DNA of 24,000 nt, taken from positions 75,540-99,539 of the forward strand of contig CAVSIM010000007.1 in NCBI GenBank assembly GCA_963728055.1. Direction: 5' to 3'. The translations under genes and the position numbers were made by a program. The notes beneath the pieces are model-generated. The model was given only the letters and a program-made list of their open reading frames with translations. It did not search any database and was not told the origin of the DNA. The stretch is from an uncultured delta proteobacterium. Its GTDB lineage: Bacteria; Desulfobacterota; Desulfobacteria; Desulfobacterales; SG8-13. This document shows, piece after piece, positions 1 through 6,517 of the stretch; the stretch's first letter is position 1; each line of letters opens with the position of its first letter.

Positions 1-326
1 TCTACCAGGGCGGGCGGCTGCTGGGGTATAGTTAGTACCCATCCGCGATCTTTTTTAGGCCCTGTTGCGTGTCCAATCCTGAAAATGCGGACTTGATTTT
101 CGGATGGTCAGCGGTGAACGAAAATTACGAAACCTGACCCGTGCAAATCGATGTTGACACATCAATATACACATATGTATGAAAAGAGAATGAGGTATCA
201 CAGGCAAAAGAAATTTTTTTTGCGTCTATTGTTTAACATGAACGGATTTTTCTCAGAGAGTGCCTGCATGACGCCCTAAACGGGAGGAACTGAATGGCGG
301 CAAGAAAAATGACCATTACATAAAAA

Positions 327-424
327 TGGCGGAAGTGCATGGGAATCGAACCCACCCGAGACGGTTCTAGCGCCTCACACCGGATTTGAAGTCCGGGAGC
401 CCCACCAGTGAGCTGCGCACTTCC
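327..424 (-). tRNA. selC: tRNA-Sec (selenocysteine tRNA, anticodon UCA)
   Basis: Minus-strand read: GGAAGTGC (8-nt acceptor 5' arm), CCGGA-CTTCAAA-TCCGG (anticodon stem-loop with TCA), long variable arm GAGGCG/CGTCTC, GTGGG-TTCGATT-CCCAT (T arm), GCACTTCC-G-CCA. It is 98 nt with encoded CCA. An 8-bp acceptor plus a long extra arm plus UCA is the bacterial tRNA-Sec architecture and parallels E. coli selC. Confidence 0.9.
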
Positions 425-737
425 GTGAGTGGCGTATAATATAACGACCAGCTTTTTTGTCAACCAGTTTGTCCGGCTTGATTGGAAGTGATTGAGGACG
501 AAAACAGGATTTTGAAACTCAATCTGGAGAAACAAAACAAACAAGGTGTGGACCGCGCTGACGAACAGTGTCCATCCATAATTGGTTTTTTTCCGCTGGT
601 CGGTCGGTCGGAGCGGGGTTTCCGGCTGCTGTGTCCATAAATAACCCTCGCCGCAAACCTTGTGCGGCCTTGCCCAGCGAAAATAATCCCCATTTATGAA
701 TTGGACACTTTACACTGCCTAAAAAAAGATAGCGGAT

Positions 738-753
738 GGGCACGAGCTTAGCA
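738..753 (+). promoter_or_regulatory. sigma-54-like -24/-12 element (GGGCACG-N4-TAGCA)
   Basis: GG and GC dinucleotides sit at the canonical spacing, with two mismatches to TGGCACG-N4-TTGCW. It lies inside a 17-nt exact repeat that recurs at 22140-22156, where the -12 part is not conserved. Confidence 0.3.
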
Positions 754-781
754 GAATTTTGTGGTTCATGGAGCTGAATGC

Positions 782-810
782 TTGACGACCATGGTAATTA
801 TCATTATTAT
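782..810 (+). promoter_or_regulatory. sigma-70-type promoter candidate
   Basis: TTGACG (782-787), exactly 17 nt of spacer, TATTAT (805-810). It lies about 28 nt upstream of the ATG at 838, which has a GGGGGAA Shine-Dalgarno. Confidence 0.5.
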
Positions 811-816
811 GATAAT
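797..816. promoter_or_regulatory. inverted repeat ATTATCA-N6-TGATAAT overlapping the -10 box; candidate operator
   Basis: Perfect 7-bp arms (797-803 and 810-816) straddle the TATTAT box directly upstream of an RHH-like gene, the classical autoregulation layout. Confidence 0.4.
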
Positions 817-837
817 AAAAAGCGGGGGAACTCGAGT

Positions 838-1107
838 ATGAAATCGGCCGTGAAATCTAAAAGAATAACCATATTGGGATCGCCTGATTTTAAGGTATTT
901 TTAAATCGGGAGGCTAAAAAAGAAGGTGTCAGTTTATCGCAACTTGTGCGGCAACGATGCGAAAACAAATCACCAAGCCAGGATGAGGAATTGTTGGCAG
1001 TGCTTTTAAAAGAACTCAGCGAGGCAACCGCCAGGGCTAAGCTATCCTTGGAAAAAGGGCTGACTGATGCGGAAAACGTATTGTCAGAATTAAGGGGGAA
1101 AGCGTGA
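838..1107 (+). CDS. ribbon-helix-helix (CopG/MobC-like) small DNA-binding protein, 89 aa
   Basis: MKSAVKSKRITILGSPDFKVFLNREAKKEGVSLSQLVRQRC shows the beta-strand / helix / helix pattern of RHH proteins, followed by a helical tail. The ATG at 838 has a good SD. The track start at 778 would lie upstream of the promoter candidate. Confidence 0.6.
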   Translation: MKSAVKSKRITILGSPDFKVFLNREAKKEGVSLSQLVRQRCENKSPSQDEELLAVLLKELSEATARAKLSLEKGLTDAENVLSELRGKA

Positions 1108-1289
1108 GCACATTGAAAGATGTCATGGCGGCCATGAAGGAAGTACTGCTGTTAACCGATAAGGTTGACCGCGCTGGATCGGTGCTCTCCGAAATGGCCC
1201 TTGGGTTGCGAGATCATGACCGGCGACTGGTCCGGTTGGAAACAATAGTTGAAATCGCGCAGAACCAACCGCGTTTAACAAATAGGTGA
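1104..1289 (+). CDS. 61-aa predicted all-helical/coiled-coil protein, unknown function
   Basis: The GTG start overlaps the upstream stop as GTGA and is preceded by AAGGGGGA. The heptad-like sequence is VLSEMALGLRDHDRRLVRLETIVEIAQ. Its own stop overlaps a GTG in the larC frame, again as GTGA. Confidence 0.5.
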   Translation: MSTLKDVMAAMKEVLLLTDKVDRAGSVLSEMALGLRDHDRRLVRLETIVEIAQNQPRLTNR

Positions 1290-2467
1290 AACCGGTTAAA
1301 AGAATGCTGGCGTATTTTGATTGTTTTTCAGGCATCAGCGGCGACATGACCTTGGGGGCACTGATTGACCTGGGTGTTTCGGCATCCTGGCTGCAAGAGA
1401 CGCTGACACGTGACCTGCCGCTCGAAGGGTTCGACCTTGAAATCGAACCGGTGACGCGCCACAAAATAGGAGCCTGCCGGGTTGAGGTGGTGGTTGCGGA
1501 GAACCAGCCCGCCCGGAACTATGCCGCCATCCGGCAGTTGATCGAAAAAAGCCGGTTGTCGCCGCCGGTCAAGGAAAAGAGCCTCGAAATTTTCAGGCGC
1601 CTGGCCATTGCGGAAGCCGGTGTGCACCGCTGCCCGTTAGAATCGGTTCACTTTCATGAAGTCGGCGGTGTGGACGCCCTGGTCGATATCATCGGCGCGG
1701 TGCTGGGGATGGATTATCTCGGAATCCGCAGAGTCGCCGCCTCGAGGATCCCGACCGGCACCGGTTTTGTCACCGCGGCCCATGGCCGGATTCCGGTACC
1801 GGCTCCGGCCACGCTGGCACTTCTGAAAGGGGTGCCAATTTACGGGAGCGACATCTCCCACGAACTAGTGACGCCGACCGGTGCGGCCATTCTGACCACC
1901 CTGGCCGAGTCTTTCGAGCCGCTGCCGGCCATGCGGGTGGAAAAAATCGGGTATGGCGCCGGACGGGCGGACTTGAAAGAGGTGCCCAACGTACTGCGGG
2001 TGCTCACCGGCACGCTGCCCCCGCGGCAGGATGACATCGTGAGTGTTGTCGAAACCAACATCGACGACATGAACCCGGAAATATTCGGCTACCTCATGGA
2101 AAAACTCTTCGATGACGGGGCGCTCGATGTCTTCTGGGTGCCGGTCATCATGAAAAAAAATCGCCCCGGCACGATGGTCAAGGTGATTTGCCGGGGAAGC
2201 GTCCGGGATGCCATCATTGCACGCCTGCTGACGGAAACAACCACGGCGGGCGTGCGCTACGGCGAGATGCAGCGCCGTCTCCTGGTACGTGAACAGGTGA
2301 GGATCGCCAGCCGCTACGGTGATATTGCGGTGAAGCGGATCGAAACGCCGGACGGCACCGTGCGCCTGGTGCCCGAGTACGACATCTGCCGCAAAATCGC
2401 CCTCGAGAAAAACATCCCCCTGCAATTGGTGTATGAAACCATTGTCAAAGAGGCCGGTGCCGGGTAA
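1286..2467 (+). CDS. larC: nickel-pincer cofactor biosynthesis / nickel insertion protein LarC (DUF111 family)
   Basis: N-terminus LAYFDCFSGISGDMTLGALIDLGV and motif HFHEVGGVDALVDIIGA are LarC hallmarks, and the length of about 390 aa fits. The start is either GTG 1286 (translationally coupled) or ATG 1304. Confidence 0.9.
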   Translation: MKPVKRMLAYFDCFSGISGDMTLGALIDLGVSASWLQETLTRDLPLEGFDLEIEPVTRHKIGACRVEVVVAENQPARNYAAIRQLIEKSRLSPPVKEKSLEIFRRLAIAEAGVHRCPLESVHFHEVGGVDALVDIIGAVLGMDYLGIRRVAASRIPTGTGFVTAAHGRIPVPAPATLALLKGVPIYGSDISHELVTPTGAAILTTLAESFEPLPAMRVEKIGYGAGRADLKEVPNVLRVLTGTLPPRQDDIVSVVETNIDDMNPEIFGYLMEKLFDDGALDVFWVPVIMKKNRPGTMVKVICRGSVRDAIIARLLTETTTAGVRYGEMQRRLLVREQVRIASRYGDIAVKRIETPDGTVRLVPEYDICRKIALEKNIPLQLVYETIVKEAGAG

Positions 2468-2764
2468 GATGGGACCCGAAGTCGCCGATTGTCATGATTG
2501 GTTCGCCTGGGAAATGGGAGAAAAACCCATGGCTTTACGCGATGACTTCAGTTAAACTTAATAATCTACCACAAGGGGCCCAGGGTCCAATAAAGACTTA
2601 AATGGCCCTTTTGGCGTGGCCTTTCGAACCCTCGAATCTTTGATCCCCAAGCCTCCGGCTTTGGCCGAAGGTGGTTGACTTCACCTCACCACTTTTACGA
2701 GCGACGGCATGACCGGATCTGACTGTCGGCCGACTTACCGGCGGGCAGGGGCGAGACTTGTTTC

Positions 2765-3280
2765 TTGACAAAAATCGGGTACAAGGATAGACACGGAATC
2801 TGGAATCCGCGCCGGACGGCGGTGATGTTTCTGGCGACCGGATGCTTCGTCGGCAGGATTCCGGTTGCGCCGGGTACCTTCGGATCGCTTTTGGCCCTCC
2901 TGCCATGCTTTTGGTTGGCCGGGCTGCCCATGCCGGCCGCATCCGGAATTATTCTCGCCTTTATCGGCTTGGCCGTCGCGGTGGCGCACGCCGCCGAGAA
3001 ACTGCTGAAAGCGAAGGATCCGGGATGCATCGTCATCGATGAAGTGGCCGGAATGATGGTGACCCTGGCCGGCGTGCCGTTCAACGGTGTGACGGCGGTT
3101 GCGGGCTTCATCGTCTTTCGACTCCTTGACATCTTGAAGCCGTTTCCCATTCGCAGCGCCGAAAGACATTTTTCAGGCGGCTTCGGCGTCGTGCTGGACG
3201 ACGTTGTGGCCGGTATCATGGGCAATCTGATGTTAAAAATCATGTGGGCGCTTTTCGGTTCGACCGTCACCTCATCATAA
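2765..3280 (+). CDS. pgpA: phosphatidylglycerophosphatase A
   Basis: LATGCFVGRIPVAPGTFGSL, VIDEVAGMM, FRLLDILKPFPIR and GGFGVVLDDVVAG align with E. coli PgpA motifs. The start is uncertain: TTG 2765, GTG 2822 or ATG 2825. Confidence 0.88.
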   Translation: MTKIGYKDRHGIWNPRRTAVMFLATGCFVGRIPVAPGTFGSLLALLPCFWLAGLPMPAASGIILAFIGLAVAVAHAAEKLLKAKDPGCIVIDEVAGMMVTLAGVPFNGVTAVAGFIVFRLLDILKPFPIRSAERHFSGGFGVVLDDVVAGIMGNLMLKIMWALFGSTVTSS

Positions 3281-3294
3281 AGAGCGTATTTATC

Positions 3295-3936
3295 ATGGTA
3301 GAGGATACCCTCAAAAAAGACATCGCTATCAAGGAAAAAAGCCGCCTGCGGGAGAACATCGAAGCCATTCTCGTGGCGATTCTCCTGGCGCTTTTCATCC
3401 GCACTTTCGTGGTGCAGGCGTTTAAAATTCCGTCCGGTTCGATGAAGGACACCCTGTTGATTGGCGATCACATTCTGGTCAACAAATTTATCTATGGCGT
3501 CAAGCTGCCGTACTTGCAAAAGGTGATCATTCCTTTCAAAAACCCCAAGCGGGGCGACATCATCGTTTTCAAATTCCCGATCGAACCTGAAAAGGATTTC
3601 ATCAAACGGGTCGTCGGCGTGGCCGGCGATGTCATCGAGGGCCACAACAAGACGATTTATGTCAACGGTACGCCGCAGGTTGAAAACTACACCATCAAAA
3701 CCGACCCGCACATCTTTCCGGCGGGCGTCCAGGCGCGCGACAACTTCGGTCCGATCACGGTGCCGGAGCATTCGATTTTTGTCATGGGGGATAACCGGGA
3801 CCAGAGCTTCGACAGCCGCTTCTGGGGCTTTGTCGACTTGAAAATGGTCAGCGGAAAGGCGTTCATGATTTACTGGTCATGGAACACCGACAAATTTTCG
3901 GTGCGCTGGAACCGCATCGGTGACCTGCTGAAATGA
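3295..3936 (+). CDS. lepB: signal peptidase I
   Basis: It has an N-terminal TM helix, the catalytic Ser box IPSGSMKDTL, the Lys box FIKRVVGVAGD, and GDNRDQSFDSRFWGFV. ATG 3295 lies 15 nt after the pgpA stop; the track start at 3244 overlaps pgpA. Confidence 0.92.
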   Translation: MVEDTLKKDIAIKEKSRLRENIEAILVAILLALFIRTFVVQAFKIPSGSMKDTLLIGDHILVNKFIYGVKLPYLQKVIIPFKNPKRGDIIVFKFPIEPEKDFIKRVVGVAGDVIEGHNKTIYVNGTPQVENYTIKTDPHIFPAGVQARDNFGPITVPEHSIFVMGDNRDQSFDSRFWGFVDLKMVSGKAFMIYWSWNTDKFSVRWNRIGDLLK

Positions 3937-3957
3937 CGCCTGGTTTCAATTAATTGC

Positions 3958-3993
3958 CATGGCCCCGGGTCGCCACGATGCCCGAAAACAACG
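3958..3993 (+). repeat. imperfect direct repeat, copy A (partner at 4264-4300)
   Basis: catggcccc-gggtcgccacgatgcccgaaaacaacg versus catggccctcgggccgtcacaatgcatgaaaacgatg: roughly 29 of 37 positions are identical with one gap. Confidence 0.55.
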
Positions 3994-4101
3994 TACATCC
4001 GTGGGTTCAATACGAAAGAGTTGCCGTGTCTCAGGAAATAAGGAACGATCTATTTCAACACATTATAGTGATGAAGGCTGGAAACTTTGAATTAAAATCG
4101 G

Positions 4102-4166
4102 GCAGGTTGGGGTGAGTGTAACGAACCCCGCCGATGTTGGGCATCGCTCCGCTCAGCCCAACCTGC
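4102..4166. repeat. inverted pair of AGGTTGGG...CCCAAC palindromic repeat units (REP/MITE-like)
   Basis: gcaggttggg (4102-4111) is the exact reverse complement of cccaacctgc (4157-4166). The two halves are about 70 percent identical inverted copies of the unit also seen at 4318-4349. Confidence 0.75.
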
Positions 4167-4263
4167 GATTCTGCGGTTCCAATTTGCGAGTTTCAAGTTT
4201 CGAGTTCTAAACTGATAATCGACAGAATTCCTTCAAAATATCTCCATTTTCGTACTAAACACT

Positions 4264-4300
4264 CATGGCCCTCGGGCCGTCACAATGCATGAAAACGATG
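4264..4300 (+). repeat. imperfect direct repeat, copy B (partner at 3958-3993)
   Basis: See copy A. It is followed 18 nt later by a GTAGGTTGGGG unit. Confidence 0.55.
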
Positions 4301-4317
4301 CGCCGGAGCCCGGTTTC

Positions 4318-4349
4318 GTAGGTTGGGGTGAGTGAAACGAACCCCAACA
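4318..4349. repeat. single GTAGGTTGGGG...CCCCAACA palindromic repeat unit
   Basis: gtaggttggggtgagtgaaacgaaccccaaca has an internal 7-bp stem, gttgggg/ccccaac. It belongs to the same family as 4102-4166. Confidence 0.7.
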
Positions 4350-4506
4350 AGATAATGAATCCTTTTCATGGTAGGGGACTCCTCGCAGAGGCGCCCATAT
4401 ATACAAAAGGGCACACGAAGGCCTACCTCGTGCTGCTTTACAAGCACGTTGCGGGCAAAAACACTTAAAGATCCTCTGGAATCAGCGTGTCAAGTACGGT
4501 ATAATC

Positions 4507-4565
4507 ATTTATTTATGGCTCTGAAACCACATGGCGCAGCGGCGGAGCCAGGGTGATAAATAAAT
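4507..4565 (+). promoter_or_regulatory. 59-nt leader hairpin / long inverted repeat upstream of the response-regulator gene
   Basis: ATTTATTTAT (4507-4516) pairs with ATAAATAAAT (4556-4565), a perfect 10-bp pair, extended by ggctc (4517-4521) / gagcc (4545-4549). A TATAAT hexamer sits at 4500-4505 just upstream, and the ATG is at 4600. Confidence 0.4.
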
Positions 4566-4599
4566 CGATACACACGATCATCAAGGTGTATTTCAAGCC

Positions 4600-5994
4600 A
4601 TGACTGACTCCATCCAACAACACATCCTGGTTGTGGACGACGAACTGAGCATGCGCGAGTTGCTCGAATTTTTGCTGTCACGCGAAGGCTATCGCGTGTC
4701 GCTGGCGCAAAACGGCCGCACGGCCATCGACATGCTCGCCAAGAACCGATTCGACCTGCTGCTCTGCGACATCAAGCTTGGCGACATGACCGGCTTGGAT
4801 GTGTTGAAGGCCAGCAAGCAGAAAAGCCCGGAAACCACCGTTATCATGATCTCGGCCTATGCCACCACCGAAACCGCCGTGGAGGCCATGAACCACGGCG
4901 CCTACGATTACGTGCCCAAACCCTTCGACAACGACGAGCTGAAACAGACCATCGCCAAGGCGCTGGACCTAAAGACCGTCGAACACGAAAAGGAGATCCT
5001 CCATCACGAACTGAAGCAGAATCTTCATTTCGGTTTAATCGTCGGCAACAGCCCGGCCATGCTCCATATCTATAAGATGATCCGCCAGGTGGCGCCCACC
5101 CGCACCAATGTTCTGATTACCGGCGAGAGCGGCACCGGCAAGGAACTGGTGGCCCGCGCCATGCACCAGGAAAGCGGCCGCAGCGACAACCCTTTCGTGG
5201 TCATCAACTGCGGCGGCATCCCCGAAACGTTAATGGAAAGCGAGCTTTTCGGGCATAAGAAGGGGTCTTTCACCGGCGCCAGCCACGACAAAAAAGGGCT
5301 CTTCGAGGTGGCCGACAAGGGCACGATTTTTCTGGATGAAATCGGTGAACTCAGCCTGCCGATCCAGGTCAAGCTGCTGCGGGCCATTCAGGAGCGGACC
5401 TTCAAGCCGGTGGGCAGCAGCGAAGATGTGTCGGTCGACATCCGGATCGTCGCTGCCACCAACAAGCAGCTCGAGAAAGAGGTGATCGCCGGTAACTTCA
5501 GGGAGGACCTCTTCTACCGCTTGAACGTGATTGAGATCAAGATGCCGCCGCTGCGCGAAAGAAAAGGCGACCTGCGGCCCCTGGCCCAGCATTTTCTGGA
5601 CAAATACTGCCGTGAGATGGGCAAGGAGATCTCCAAGATATCCTCGTATGCCATCAACATGCTTAACAAATACGATTTTCCGGGCAACATCCGCGAGCTG
5701 GAAAACCTGCTGGAGCGCAGCGTGGCGCTGTCCACCACCAACATCCTGCTGCCCGACAGCCTGGCCCTCTCGATCCACAAACGCCGCTGGATCGAAGGTG
5801 TCCGGGACCGGCGCTTCGACGTCGATGAGGTCTCGCGCGGGGTGGCCCTCGACACCATCATCGAAGAAATCGAGGGTGCCTATCTTTTAAAGGCCCTGGA
5901 AGTCGCCAACGGCAACAAGAACAAGGCTGCCGAACTGCTGGGCATCAGCTTCCGCTCGCTGCGCTATCGCCTGGACAAGCTGGGCAGCGCTTGA
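4600..5994 (+). CDS. sigma-54-dependent two-component response regulator (NtrC family: REC + AAA+ + Fis-type HTH)
   Basis: It has a REC domain (ILVVDDE ... DLLLCD ... KPF), Walker A GESGTGKE, the sigma-54 contact loop GSFTGA, Walker B IFLDEIG, and a C-terminal HTH NKNKAAELLGISFRSLRYRLDKLG. Confidence 0.95.
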   Translation: MTDSIQQHILVVDDELSMRELLEFLLSREGYRVSLAQNGRTAIDMLAKNRFDLLLCDIKLGDMTGLDVLKASKQKSPETTVIMISAYATTETAVEAMNHGAYDYVPKPFDNDELKQTIAKALDLKTVEHEKEILHHELKQNLHFGLIVGNSPAMLHIYKMIRQVAPTRTNVLITGESGTGKELVARAMHQESGRSDNPFVVINCGGIPETLMESELFGHKKGSFTGASHDKKGLFEVADKGTIFLDEIGELSLPIQVKLLRAIQERTFKPVGSSEDVSVDIRIVAATNKQLEKEVIAGNFREDLFYRLNVIEIKMPPLRERKGDLRPLAQHFLDKYCREMGKEISKISSYAINMLNKYDFPGNIRELENLLERSVALSTTNILLPDSLALSIHKRRWIEGVRDRRFDVDEVSRGVALDTIIEEIEGAYLLKALEVANGNKNKAAELLGISFRSLRYRLDKLGSA

Positions 5995-6011
5995 TTCCGC
6001 TGCTTTTTCTT
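5984..6011 (+). terminator. intrinsic terminator candidate
   Basis: GCAGCG (5984-5989), an 8-nt loop and CGCTGC (5998-6003) are followed by TTTTTCTT. The structure overlaps the TGA stop of the regulator gene. Confidence 0.5.
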
Positions 6012-6186
6012 ACCGCATAGCCGAGAGAATTAGTGAGAATTAGAGGACGCTCTCATTATTTAAACTTTGAAGACGAATACCGATCTGATAAGGTATTTTC
6101 ATGGCCCGCCGATCCAGAATCGATGCTCCTGACGGCTCTCGTCATATTATTGTCCGCGGCTTCGGCGGCGCAATATCTTTGCACTC

Positions 6187-6480
6187 TCAACAGCAGTCTC
6201 CTTCTCCGCCACAGGTGGCGTTTTCCTTACCGTGGATCCAACCGGAGATGATGTAGGCCGCGCATCCGACCCCCGGGGTGACCCGAATTGCCTCAGTGGG
6301 GCAGTTCAGGGCACAGGCGCCGCATTCCATGCAACCGTCTTTATCCACCAGGCGCGCCTTTTTTTCATCCATGACAAATACCCCATGAGGGCATACGATG
6401 GCGCAGTTGCCGCAACCAACGCAGCATTCTTTATCATAGACCAGCGAGGTGGCGCCGGTAAGGTACCTGAAATCCTTCAT
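6187..6480 (-). CDS. hgcB: mercury methylation ferredoxin HgcB (2x[4Fe-4S])
   Basis: It is 97 aa, starts MKDFRYL, and has two CX2CX2CX3CP motifs (CVGCGNCAIVCP and CMECGACALNCP), an additional conserved Cys in PGVGCAAY, and a C-terminal vicinal CC (GDCC-stop). It lies 37 nt downstream of hgcA. Confidence 0.93.
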   Translation of the reverse strand: MKDFRYLTGATSLVYDKECCVGCGNCAIVCPHGVFVMDEKKARLVDKDGCMECGACALNCPTEAIRVTPGVGCAAYIISGWIHGKENATCGGEGDCC

Positions 6481-6517
6481 TGTTTTATCCTGAAACGGTG
6501 CTTGAATTTAGTGTTGC

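Noticed and set aside
233-743. Three minus-strand ORFs (233-544, 460-693, 519-743)
   Set aside because: The first overlaps the tRNA-Sec gene (the other two lie in its upstream non-coding region). They have no SD or family features and are most likely chance ORFs.
2468-2764. 300-bp gap between larC and pgpA as a possible ncRNA gene
   Set aside because: It contains a few short hairpins (for example cctccggc-tttg-gccgaagg at about 2651-2670) and a TTGACA at 2765. I could not match it to 6S, SRP, tmRNA, RNase P or any riboswitch core, so evidence is insufficient.
3958-4400. Possible CRISPR array among the palindromic repeats (also 20380-20480)
   Set aside because: The units differ in sequence and orientation and are irregularly spaced without unique spacers of constant length. 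No cas genes are in the window.
6025-6043. Tandem GAGAATTAG-T-GAGAATTAG between the regulator gene and hgcB
   Set aside because: There are only two copies of a 9-mer in a convergent intergenic region. Nothing supports a function beyond a chance or slippage duplication.
6140-6189. Selenocysteine read-through of the TGA stops of hgcB, and likewise of the oxidoreductase at 20252 and the permease at 21907
   Set aside because: The extensions are short or compositionally implausible (for example ESAKILRRRSRGQ after hgcB). No SECIS-like hairpin was evident immediately downstream, and HgcB normally ends at the CC pair.
6033-6251. 72-aa plus-strand ORF in the convergent spacer overlapping the hgcB 3' end
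   Set aside because: It has no SD, overlaps hgcB antisense and has an implausible sequence.
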